The notes beneath the pieces were generated by a model. That model was not told the DNA's origin and did not search any database. It saw only the letters and a program-made list of their open reading frames with translations. Shown piece after piece: positions 1 to 8,351 of a stretch of DNA of 55,004 nt (its first letter is position 1; the number at the start of each line of letters is the position of its first letter). The DNA comes from a virus (Duplodnaviria > Caudoviricetes): positions 1 to 55,004 of IMG/VR virus record IMGVR_UViG_3300027730_000040, one strand, 5' to 3'. A program made the position numbers and the translations under genes.

Positions 1-227
1 AGGCAAGGCCCAAGGCGCGCTGTGGTCCCGGGCAGATGTTCTGCCTGAGGTGCCAGCTGGCGCGGCACGTGGCGTTTGGCGAGGCGGAGATCGCGCACGC
101 GAGCCCTGTCAGCTTCAACCTGCGCGCGCTTTGCGAAGCGTGCAGCGCCGTCATGCACCGTCGCGTGTCGCGCGTGAGACTGGCCGCCGACATGCCGGGC
201 GTGAGCGTGCGCGATCCGCAAGCCTAG
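1..227 (+). CDS. 3' part of a Cys-motif (likely HTH + zinc ribbon) protein of the kind found upstream of alphaproteobacterial island integrases; 5' truncated
   Basis: Frame open from nt 3: ARPKARCGPGQMFCLRC...NLRALCEAC; two CxxC pairs; lies directly upstream of the integrase. Confidence 0.55.
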   Translation, partial: ARPKARCGPGQMFCLRCQLARHVAFGEAEIAHASPVSFNLRALCEACSAVMHRRVSRVRLAADMPGVSVRDPQA

Positions 228-286
228 CGACACCTAAGCGATACCGCTGGAGCCTGCGGAAATGTCCATTTGCGAAGGAATGAGAA

Positions 287-1402
287 ATGCCCCGCAAGCA
301 TCATCCCAAAAACGAGCGAATCAAGCGCGCCTACCTTGGCTATCTGGAAGAGGCGCAGGGCAAAACGCAGGCCAGCGCGAATGACGCCGCCGCCGCAATC
401 GCGGACTTTGAGGCGGCGAACAACTTCAAGGATTTTGCCGCCTTCCACATCGAACAGGCGCGTCGGTACAGGCGCGTCCTTGAACAACGGACTCACGAGA
501 AGACGGGAAAGCCGCTCTCGAAATCGACGATCTATTCGCGGATGATGGCGCTGCGGGCTTTCTTTGCCTGGCTGGCGGAACAGCCCGGCTACAAGGCGCG
601 GATCAAACGCAGCGATTGCGACTACTTCAAGCCGACCGCCAACGATGCGCGTATTGCAACCGCGCGGCGCGACCGGCCGGCGCCGGACGTGGAAACCGTG
701 CGGCGGCTGGTTCAGGCAATGCCAGCCGATACGGATATCCAGAAGCGTGATCGCGCACTGATCGCCTTCGCGCTCCTGTCCGGCGCGCGGGATGACGCCA
801 TCGCCTCGCTCAACATCGGCCATATCAATCTGGAGCGTAGGACCGTGTTCCAAGACGCGCGCATGGTCCGGACGAAGAACCGGAAGACGTTCACGTCAGG
901 GTTCTTCCCGGTGGGGGCCGACTTTGAAGTGATCGTTGCCGATTGGATCAGGCACTTGAAGGAAACTCTGCACTACGGGTCGGATGATCCACTGTTTCCC
1001 TCAACGCTTATGGGAATCCCGGCGACGGGTCGTTTCGAAGCCGTGGGGCTGGAGCGACGCCACTGGGAGAGCGCCGCCGCCATCCGGCGCATTTTCCGGA
1101 CTGCGCTCCAGGCGCAGGGCTTTCCATCTTTCAACCCGCATCTGCTGCGAAAGACCATCACGCGGCTGGGCCAGACCTCCCGGCTAACCCAGGAAGAGGA
1201 AAAGAGCTGGAGCCAGAATCTTGGCCACGAGCATCTGCGCACGACAACCAACAGCTATGGCCAAATCCCCGAGCATCGGCAGATTGCGCTCATGGATGGG
1301 CTGCGCCATCGGACAGCCAATCCTCCCCAATCGGGCGCGCCGGATGCGGCCACGATAAAATGGGTTGTGGACTATCTCGCTTCGAAGTCCGCCGTGGGTT
1401 GA
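287..1402 (+). CDS. Tyrosine recombinase / site-specific integrase (island integrase, copy 1)
   Basis: Catalytic motifs RDRAL..LLSGAR (R), PHLLRKT (HxxR), NLGHEH..TTNSYG (H..Y). Confidence 0.93.
   Translation: MPRKHHPKNERIKRAYLGYLEEAQGKTQASANDAAAAIADFEAANNFKDFAAFHIEQARRYRRVLEQRTHEKTGKPLSKSTIYSRMMALRAFFAWLAEQPGYKARIKRSDCDYFKPTANDARIATARRDRPAPDVETVRRLVQAMPADTDIQKRDRALIAFALLSGARDDAIASLNIGHINLERRTVFQDARMVRTKNRKTFTSGFFPVGADFEVIVADWIRHLKETLHYGSDDPLFPSTLMGIPATGRFEAVGLERRHWESAAAIRRIFRTALQAQGFPSFNPHLLRKTITRLGQTSRLTQEEEKSWSQNLGHEHLRTTTNSYGQIPEHRQIALMDGLRHRTANPPQSGAPDAATIKWVVDYLASKSAVG
785..911 (+). repeat. 127-bp perfect direct repeat, copy 1 (copy 2 is 54878-55004, the window end)
   Basis: Base-by-base identity; upstream of it the two integrase copies diverge but stay collinear (offset 54093). 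Confidence 0.95.
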
Positions 1403-1463
1403 GGCGGGTTGCCAGCGTCCGCGCCTTCCCCTCCTATGCCCTCGAAAACAGGGTGAGGGCCGC

Positions 1464-3182
1464 GTGACCGAGATCAGCTTCAAGGGCAAGGAGTTCGTCT
1501 ATAACCACCACCTAGCGGTGCCGTTCCGTCCGCTGGAGATCCACGCGAAGAAGGGGATCGGCACCCCGCGTCTCGATGGCAACCTGATCATCCAGGGCGA
1601 CAACCTGCATGCGCTGAAGGCGCTGCTGCCACTGTATGCGGGCAAGGTGGACTGCATCTTTATCGACCCCCCCTACAACACAGGCAACGAGGGCTGGGCC
1701 TACAACGACAACGTCAACGCGCCGATGATCCGGGAGTGGCTGGAGGCCAACCCCATCGGAATCGATGACGGCCTGCGCCACGACAAATGGTGCGCAATGA
1801 TGTGGCCGCGCCTGCGCCTGTTGCACGAGCTTCTCTCCGAGGACGGAGTGATGTTCGTCTGCATTGATGACAATGAACTTCATCGACTGCGAGCCCTCCT
1901 AGACGAGGTCTTCCTCAGCGCCGACAATTGGCTTGGAACGATTGTGTGGAAGAATGTCACCGACAACAATCCAACTCGGATCGCTGTTGAACACGAATAC
2001 ATTGTCTGCTTCGCCAAGAACAAAGCGCGTGTGGCAACGGTCTGGAAGTCCCGACTCTCAGAGGTCAAAGACGTGCTGGTCAAAGTGGGCGAAGACTTGA
2101 TCTCAAGACACGGCACGTCGCCTGACTTACAGGCCGCCTACTCAGACTGGTTTCGAGAGCACAAGGCCGAGCTTTGGCCGTTGGATCGTTACAAATACAT
2201 CGACGAAGGCGGCGTCTACACTGGCAGTCAGAGCGTCCACAACCCCGGCCGTGAGGGCTATCGATATGATGTGATGCACCCGGTGACAAAGAAGCCATGT
2301 AAGCAACCGCTCATGGGCTATCGGTTTCCGCCCGAGACGATGAACCAACTACTCAAAGACAACAAAATTCTCTTCGGCGAAGATCACGACAAGATTATTG
2401 AGCTGAAGGTCTACGCGAAGGATTATCTCGAAAAGCTACCCAGCGTGATCGAGTTGGATGGGCGGACCGCCGCCTACGAACTTCGTGATATTTTCCCGGG
2501 GCGGAAGAAAACATTCGAGTATCCCAAGCCCTCGCAGTTGGTTGAGCGTCTGCTTTCGTTTGCGACCTCTAAGACGTCATTGATCTTGGACAGTTTTGCA
2601 GGTTCCGGAACAACTGCGCATGCGACGCTCAAGCTTAACCGGAGCGACGGAGGAGCGCGCCGGTTCATACTTGTTGAGCTTGAGGAAGCAATTGCCGCAG
2701 AAATCACCGGGCCGCGCGTGATGGCCGTGGCGGCCGGCGTCGCTTACACGACCCACCCCGCCCTTCAGGAAGGGCTGGGCGGCGAGTTCACCTATTGCAC
2801 GCTAGGCGCTCCGGTGGAGCTGGACGCGATCCTGACCGGCAAGGCGTTGCCCACATGGGCGGGGCTGGGCAGCGTGCTGTTTCACATGGCGACCAGACAG
2901 CCCGTGGACCCGAAGGCGGGCAACGAGAAGACCTTTTATCTTGGCGCATCTGCCAGCCATCATGTGTGGCTGATCTACAAGCCTGACCTCGACTGGCTGA
3001 AATCGCCGGACGCGGCGCTGACACTTTCATTCGCCGAGAAGATCGCCAAGGCAAAGACGGACAAGAAACACCTTGTGTTCGCGCCTGCGCGTTATGTCAG
3101 TCAGAAGCTGCTGACCGAGCGGCATATCGATGTGGAGTTCGTGCCGCTGCCCTTCGCACTCTATCGCGTAGAGCGGGACTAG
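1464..3182 (+). CDS. mod: Type III restriction-modification methyltransferase subunit
   Basis: IQGDNL, IFIDPPYNTG (motif IV), PKP, LDSFAGSGTT (motif I) in beta-class order; likely GTG start at 1464; followed 4 nt later by a helicase-nuclease. Confidence 0.9.
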   Translation: MTEISFKGKEFVYNHHLAVPFRPLEIHAKKGIGTPRLDGNLIIQGDNLHALKALLPLYAGKVDCIFIDPPYNTGNEGWAYNDNVNAPMIREWLEANPIGIDDGLRHDKWCAMMWPRLRLLHELLSEDGVMFVCIDDNELHRLRALLDEVFLSADNWLGTIVWKNVTDNNPTRIAVEHEYIVCFAKNKARVATVWKSRLSEVKDVLVKVGEDLISRHGTSPDLQAAYSDWFREHKAELWPLDRYKYIDEGGVYTGSQSVHNPGREGYRYDVMHPVTKKPCKQPLMGYRFPPETMNQLLKDNKILFGEDHDKIIELKVYAKDYLEKLPSVIELDGRTAAYELRDIFPGRKKTFEYPKPSQLVERLLSFATSKTSLILDSFAGSGTTAHATLKLNRSDGGARRFILVELEEAIAAEITGPRVMAVAAGVAYTTHPALQEGLGGEFTYCTLGAPVELDAILTGKALPTWAGLGSVLFHMATRQPVDPKAGNEKTFYLGASASHHVWLIYKPDLDWLKSPDAALTLSFAEKIAKAKTDKKHLVFAPARYVSQKLLTERHIDVEFVPLPFALYRVERD

Positions 3183-3186
3183 AGGC

Positions 3187-5781
3187 ATGCGGACGCTCGA
3201 CTATCAGGCGCGGGTACTGGAGACGCTAGACGCCTATCTGGAGGCGCTGAAGTTCGAGAAGGTAAGCGCGGACGCCATTGCGAAACTGGCGGCGGAGAAT
3301 CCGGGCCTTGGCCTGCCGGTGAAGGATTTTCCCGCCGAGGCTTGGAAAGCGATCAAGGCGGCAGGCAAGCTGCCGCAATCACGCACACACATTCCATTCT
3401 CGCCGCGCGAAGACGGATGCAGTCGTCCGGTTCCGAACATCACTTTCAAGGTGCCAACAGGCGGCGGCAAGACCTTCCTAGCGGTCAACGCCGTGTCGCG
3501 CATCATGGGGCGGTATCTGGGCCGCAACACTGGCTTCGTACTGTGGATCGTCCCGAACGAAGCCATCTACTCGCAGACGCTGAAGCGCCTCAAGGACCGC
3601 CAGCATCCCTATCGCCAGGCGTTGGACCGCGCGGCGGCGGGGCGCGTGAAAGTGATGGAGAAGGGCGACCGGCTGGACGCGCGGGATGTGCAGTCAAACC
3701 TTTGCGTCATGGTGCTGATGCTTCAGGCCGCTAACCGGCAGACGCAGGAAACGCTGCGCATGTTCCGCGACCGGGGCGACGTGCATGGCTTCTTCCCGGC
3801 GGAGGGCGAGCAACAGGCGCACGCGGCGGCGCTGGCGGCGGCGCCCAACCTTGATGCCTATGGCGGCGGCATGTTCACGCTGGTGAAGGATTCACTGGGC
3901 AATGCGCTGCGGACAATTCGGCCGGTTGTCGTCATGGATGAAGGGCAGCGGGCTGTCTCCAATCTTGCGTACGACACGCTCTACGGTTTCAATCCGACCT
4001 TTGTGCTGGAGCTTTCCGCAACACCCAAGGATGTGAAGGAACAGACTCGTCCGGAACCGCGTCCGGCGCGTTACGCCAACCTTCTGGTCGAAGTGACAGG
4101 CCGAGAGCTGGATCGCGAGGGCATGATCAAGATGCCGCTCAACCTCGATCCGAAGCAGGGGACCGACTGGAAGGCCACACTGACGGCTGCAGTCGCGACG
4201 CTCGACGGTCTCAACGACAAGGCAAAAGCATTTACGGCTGAGTCAGGCCGCTACATTCGTCCGATCATGCTCGTTCAAGTTGAACGTACCGGCGACGACC
4301 AGCGCGAAAGCAATCACATTCATGCGTTGGACGTGAAGGAATGGCTCCTCACTGCCGGGTTCGACGAGGCCGAGATCGCCATCAAGACGGCGGAGCGCAA
4401 CGACCTCAACCAGCCGGAAAACCTCGACCTCCTGTCACCTCTGAACCGCGTGCGCGTCATCATCACCAAGCAAGCGCTGCAGGAAGGCTGGGACTGCCCC
4501 TTTGCCTACGTGCTGTGTGCGTTGGCGGCCAGCACCAACCCAAGCGCTATGACGCAGCTTGTCGGCCGTATCCTGCGCCAGCCGCAAGCGGCCAAGACCG
4601 GCGTGGCGGCGTTGGACGAATGCCACGTCATCACTCACCACGCGGGAACCGGCGAGGTTGTTTCCAAGATCAAGGGCGGACTGGAACAAGACGGGCTTGC
4701 CGATCTGGTGATGACCGTCAGCGGCGGCGATTCTGCGGGCGAAGCGAGAGTCAGCCGCAAGCTGTCGCGTCGCAAAGGCATGACCTCGCTGAAAATCTAC
4801 CTCCCGAAAGTGCTGCGGCTGGAGGGGGAGGATGCGCGCGAACTGGATTACGAAACCGACCTGCTGGCCGCTATCGACTGGCGTACCTTTGATCCGGCGC
4901 CCATCGCCGATGGCATTCCCGAGAACGCACAAGCCGCCGCCTCTCAGGTGCAGCGGATCGGCATTTCAGAAGATGGGGACGAGATCGTCATCACGGCGGG
5001 CGCCGTCGCTGGGGAGGCGGCGGCTTTCGATCCTTCCTACGCAGTGCGGGTGATATCCGACCTTGTGCCAAATCCTTTCATTGGCCGCGAGATTGTCGGC
5101 GCGCTCCTGAAGCGACTGCGCAAGCGCGGCTTCCCGGATGGCAAGATCGGCGGCCTGGGCTCGCTGATCATCGAGGAACTGAGGCGCGGCCTTGAGGCCG
5201 AGCGCAATGCGCGCGCCGAGAAGCTGTTCAAGGCCGAGGTGACCGCCGGGCGCATTCAATTCCGCCTGCGGCTGGATGGCCGCGACTGGGAAATGCCGGA
5301 TAATGTTCTGACGACCGAGCCAGAGAACGGGCAGCAAGTCGCGCGTATAGATGGCTCGCCGCTGGAGAAAAGCCTTTTCGCGCCCGTCTATGTGGCTGAG
5401 CTGAATGGCGACGAAAGGGATGTTGCGGTCTATCTCGACAAGGACGAGGCGCTGAATTGGTGGCACCGAAACGTGGCGCGCCAGCAATACGCGCTTCAAG
5501 GCTGGCGCCGGGACCGCATCTATCCGGACTTCATTTTCGCCGCGATGCGTAAGGGCGGCAAGCGGCGACTGACAGTTCTGGAAACCAAGGGGCCGCACCT
5601 CGATAATCTCGATACCGCCTACAAGCGCGAAGTGATGAAGGTGCTGACCGACAACTTTGCCTGGGCCGAGGGCGCGGCCGCCGGTACGCTGGAGGTGGTC
5701 ACTGGACAGAAAGAAACGGTCGAATGCGCGCTGATCCTGCTTGATGAATGGAAGGCGAAGCTTCCGGGGTATCTGGCCTAG
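3187..5781 (+). CDS. res: Type III restriction endonuclease subunit (SF2 ATPase + PD-(D/E)xK nuclease)
   Basis: LDYQ Q-motif, VPTGGGKT Walker A, VVMDEG Walker B, ELSATP, LQEGWD, QLVGRILR, C-terminal YPDF...LETKG. Confidence 0.9.
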   Translation: MRTLDYQARVLETLDAYLEALKFEKVSADAIAKLAAENPGLGLPVKDFPAEAWKAIKAAGKLPQSRTHIPFSPREDGCSRPVPNITFKVPTGGGKTFLAVNAVSRIMGRYLGRNTGFVLWIVPNEAIYSQTLKRLKDRQHPYRQALDRAAAGRVKVMEKGDRLDARDVQSNLCVMVLMLQAANRQTQETLRMFRDRGDVHGFFPAEGEQQAHAAALAAAPNLDAYGGGMFTLVKDSLGNALRTIRPVVVMDEGQRAVSNLAYDTLYGFNPTFVLELSATPKDVKEQTRPEPRPARYANLLVEVTGRELDREGMIKMPLNLDPKQGTDWKATLTAAVATLDGLNDKAKAFTAESGRYIRPIMLVQVERTGDDQRESNHIHALDVKEWLLTAGFDEAEIAIKTAERNDLNQPENLDLLSPLNRVRVIITKQALQEGWDCPFAYVLCALAASTNPSAMTQLVGRILRQPQAAKTGVAALDECHVITHHAGTGEVVSKIKGGLEQDGLADLVMTVSGGDSAGEARVSRKLSRRKGMTSLKIYLPKVLRLEGEDARELDYETDLLAAIDWRTFDPAPIADGIPENAQAAASQVQRIGISEDGDEIVITAGAVAGEAAAFDPSYAVRVISDLVPNPFIGREIVGALLKRLRKRGFPDGKIGGLGSLIIEELRRGLEAERNARAEKLFKAEVTAGRIQFRLRLDGRDWEMPDNVLTTEPENGQQVARIDGSPLEKSLFAPVYVAELNGDERDVAVYLDKDEALNWWHRNVARQQYALQGWRRDRIYPDFIFAAMRKGGKRRLTVLETKGPHLDNLDTAYKREVMKVLTDNFAWAEGAAAGTLEVVTGQKETVECALILLDEWKAKLPGYLA

Positions 5782-5841
5782 CGTCGGGCGGCCGACAGTC
5801 GCGTAGGCGTGCATTCAACTTCATAAACCCGAGGCAAAGTC

Positions 5842-6339
5842 GTGCGATCCCCCACCCGACTTGTGCAGCTGAATGACATCATGTCGTCCGAAATCCTGAA
5901 GGATGGCGATGAGGCTCTAGCCCTCATTCTAAAGGTTCACCTTGCTTTGGAGGCTCTGCTTATCGAGGCGCTCCATCTGAACGCGGATGCGACCGTGCCT
6001 ATTCCCCGATCATTTCCCGAGAAGACCAAGAAATTGGTCGAAAAGCAGCTCCTAAGGAGCCATGACGAAACCGCATTCAATCGCTTCAATGAGTTCCGCA
6101 ACGACGTTGCTCACACGTTTGGCCACGTCGTCAGTGTGAAGACTGTGCTGGAGTTGGCTCGCTACCTCGAAGACCACGGGATCGAATTTTCAGACTCAAT
6201 CGGTTGCGTTTCCGAGGAAGAGGCGGTCACGACGTATGGCGGCGTCATCGGTGTCTTGGCCGAGATTGGCTGGTGCCTTCTATTCCAAGCAGGCTTCAGA
6301 CTCTCGGAAGCTGGAGGTCGCGATATTTTTTCGGCCTAA
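5842..6339 (+). CDS. Putative HEPN-domain protein
   Basis: 165 aa, helical; N-terminal HLALE helix and RNDVAH (R-x4-H) motif at 6097-6114; follows res. Confidence 0.55.
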   Translation: MRSPTRLVQLNDIMSSEILKDGDEALALILKVHLALEALLIEALHLNADATVPIPRSFPEKTKKLVEKQLLRSHDETAFNRFNEFRNDVAHTFGHVVSVKTVLELARYLEDHGIEFSDSIGCVSEEEAVTTYGGVIGVLAEIGWCLLFQAGFRLSEAGGRDIFSA

Positions 6340-6348
6340 CCTTCGGAT

Positions 6349-6372
6349 TTGTTGGTACAGTTGTTGGTACAG
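6349..6372. repeat. 12-bp tandem repeat TTGTTGGTACAG x2; integrase arm-site-like, probable island end
   Basis: Perfect tandem at 6349-6360 and 6361-6372, intergenic at the island edge. Confidence 0.7.
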
Positions 6373-6433
6373 CTCGCTCAATGCCGTCGCGAAGCCCTGA
6401 TTCATAAGGACTTCGGACATCACTTCCGGTCCT

Positions 6434-6571
6434 CTCAAGGACTATCAAGACGAAGCCGTACGCGAGGTGCTGGGCAATCTCGCGAAGGCGCGCAAGCGCT
6501 GGCGGCTTGACGACGAGCGGAACGCCTTCTCGCTGTCGGCGGCGACGGGCGCGGGAAAGACTGTGATGGCT
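6434..6571 (+). pseudogene. N-terminal fragment of a second Res/DEAD-box helicase
   Basis: LKDYQDEAVREVL...FSLSAATGAGKTVMA (Q-motif + Walker A); no start codon; frame then runs into phage DNA. Confidence 0.75.
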
Positions 6572-6773
6572 AGCCGTCAGAAATGCGGTCAACGACTTCG
6601 TAGGATCCGCCGCATTTGGCCGACGCGAAATTGTAGCACGAAGCGAGCGCGTTCTGCGGCCCATCGCAATACGTGACCTGAGCCGTTCGCCCATCTGGCA
6701 TGACGTAACTATGCGGCGCACTCGCACACGCCCCAAGCGCCCCAAGCGCCATAACGACCACAACAGTTTTCAT
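6570..6773 (-). CDS. Small lipoprotein (moron; possibly superinfection exclusion; possibly 3'-truncated at the junction)
   Basis: MKTVVVVMALGALGAC lipobox, 67 aa, three further Cys; antisense to the late operon. Confidence 0.65.
   Translation of the reverse strand: MKTVVVVMALGALGACASAPHSYVMPDGRTAQVTYCDGPQNALASCYNFASAKCGGSYEVVDRISDG
6695..6752 (+). repeat. 58-bp perfect direct repeat, copy 1 (copy 2 is 34421-34478)
   Basis: ctggcatgacgtaactatgcggcgcactcgcacacgccccaagcgccccaagcgccat occurs at both sites. Confidence 0.95.
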
Positions 6774-6803
6774 CCTCGACCCTTTCTGAAGGTTCATAGC
6801 CAC

Positions 6804-8351
6804 ATGGCCTATCAGGGCTACACCGGATACGACCCCGAACTCGACCGCCTGAAGCAGCGCCGCGACATTGCGGAAGCTCTTCAACAGGGCGCGCTTGAGA
6901 CCGGACCCAAATCGCTTCCGGAGGGTATAGCACAGATTGGCAAGGCGCTCATCGCCCGGCAAGCGATGAAGAAGGCCAACAAGGCGGGCGATGCCTACAA
7001 GAGCAATCAGGACCGGATTGCGGAGGCGCTAGGCGCGACCTTCTTCGGCGAGCGCAGCGATCCGGCAAAAATGGCTTACCCGGAACTCCCAATGCAGCCC
7101 AATACGGATGCATTAAACGTTCCCGGCCCATCACAAACCCTTCCGGCGTCAACAACGCAGGGAGCGCTGGGCGCGCTAATGCCGAAGGCGCCGCAACCCG
7201 CAGCCGCCCCGTCAGTCGCACCGGCACAGCCCCAGGTTGGCGCTAACCAGACATCTCAGGCCATGCCCAACGCACCCACGCCAAGGGGCGCGATGACGCC
7301 GTGGTCGATACCAGACCCCGGCATGTCGGCTCTTGGACAAGACACGCCACCCGCAGGCGCGATGCCGCAGCCGCAGGGCTCCGCAGCGCCGATGGCAGCG
7401 CGTGGCGGCTTCACGCCGCAAGAGCAAATGGCTGGACGCGACCGCGACAGATACAGCGCCCTGATCGGCGCAGGCATGGACAGGTTTGAGGCAGCGACGA
7501 TTGTGAAGGGCGAGCAGCGTCAGCGTAGTGCCGATGAGCTTGCTGCGGAAGAGCGGAAACGCCTGCTTGAACAAGACGCGCTTGCCGAAGAATGGCGGAA
7601 AAAGAATTACACCGCAGGTCGCTTAGACGCTTGGCGTAAGGCAAGTGAGTTTGGCAAAACGTTTGGCGAGGATCAACGTCAGTTCAATGCTGAGCAAGAG
7701 ACCAATAGGCTCAAGGCGGAAGCAGAAGCTGCTAACAATGGCCTGCCTGACTTTGGCGACGAGAACAGCTTGCGAGGCCAGTACCTCGCACAAGCAAAGA
7801 GCTTCATCGATGTCAGAGACGCCACAACGCGCATTCGAGCCGTGAAGCAAGCGACGACACCAGCGCAACAGATGGCGCTGCTTTACGGATACATGAAACT
7901 GCTTGATCCCGGCACGGGCGTCAAAGAGGGCGAATACGCATCTGCCGAAAATACGACGGGCATTCCGGGTCAGATTATAAATGCTTACAACAAAGCGCGC
8001 GTGGGTACATTCCTAGACGCAAAACAGGTTCAGGAATTTCTTCAACAAGCAGAAGAGCAATACAAAGGTGCCGAGCAGAACTATGCGACGACAGTTCTTG
8101 AACCTTATCGACAGATGGCTGGTGGCCGCTATCGCATGGACCCGTCCATCATTCAGGATTTCAGGCTTCCGGGCGCTGCACCAACGCCCGCAGAACGAGC
8201 CCGCCAGCGCTTAGTGCGCGACATTCAGATATCTCCTTTTGCTGGCGCTGTTGGGGAGTTCAATCCCGCAGCGTTCGCGGGATTGAAGCAGCCGTCAGAC
8301 CTTACAGACGAAGAACTTGACGCCATGATTGCCCAAGGAGGCGGTCGCTAA
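6804..8351 (+). CDS. Putative DNA ejection / internal virion protein
   Basis: Likely start MAYQGY at 6804; Pro/Ala-rich linker and helical C-terminus; sits between the other ejection genes in the permuted order. Confidence 0.65.
   Translation: MAYQGYTGYDPELDRLKQRRDIAEALQQGALETGPKSLPEGIAQIGKALIARQAMKKANKAGDAYKSNQDRIAEALGATFFGERSDPAKMAYPELPMQPNTDALNVPGPSQTLPASTTQGALGALMPKAPQPAAAPSVAPAQPQVGANQTSQAMPNAPTPRGAMTPWSIPDPGMSALGQDTPPAGAMPQPQGSAAPMAARGGFTPQEQMAGRDRDRYSALIGAGMDRFEAATIVKGEQRQRSADELAAEERKRLLEQDALAEEWRKKNYTAGRLDAWRKASEFGKTFGEDQRQFNAEQETNRLKAEAEAANNGLPDFGDENSLRGQYLAQAKSFIDVRDATTRIRAVKQATTPAQQMALLYGYMKLLDPGTGVKEGEYASAENTTGIPGQIINAYNKARVGTFLDAKQVQEFLQQAEEQYKGAEQNYATTVLEPYRQMAGGRYRMDPSIIQDFRLPGAAPTPAERARQRLVRDIQISPFAGAVGEFNPAAFAGLKQPSDLTDEELDAMIAQGGGR

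Larger units (their letters stand above)
252..6433 (+). mobile_element. Integrase-associated defence island (int, mod, res, HEPN-like gene) interrupting the phage ejection operon; boundaries approximate
   Basis: Gene content; homology to the second integrase copy starts at 252; att-like tandem repeat at 6349-6372. Confidence 0.6.

Noticed and set aside
6711-6803. ATG 6711 as start of the ejection protein
   Set aside because: Overlaps the antisense lipoprotein gene; ATG 6804 is more plausible
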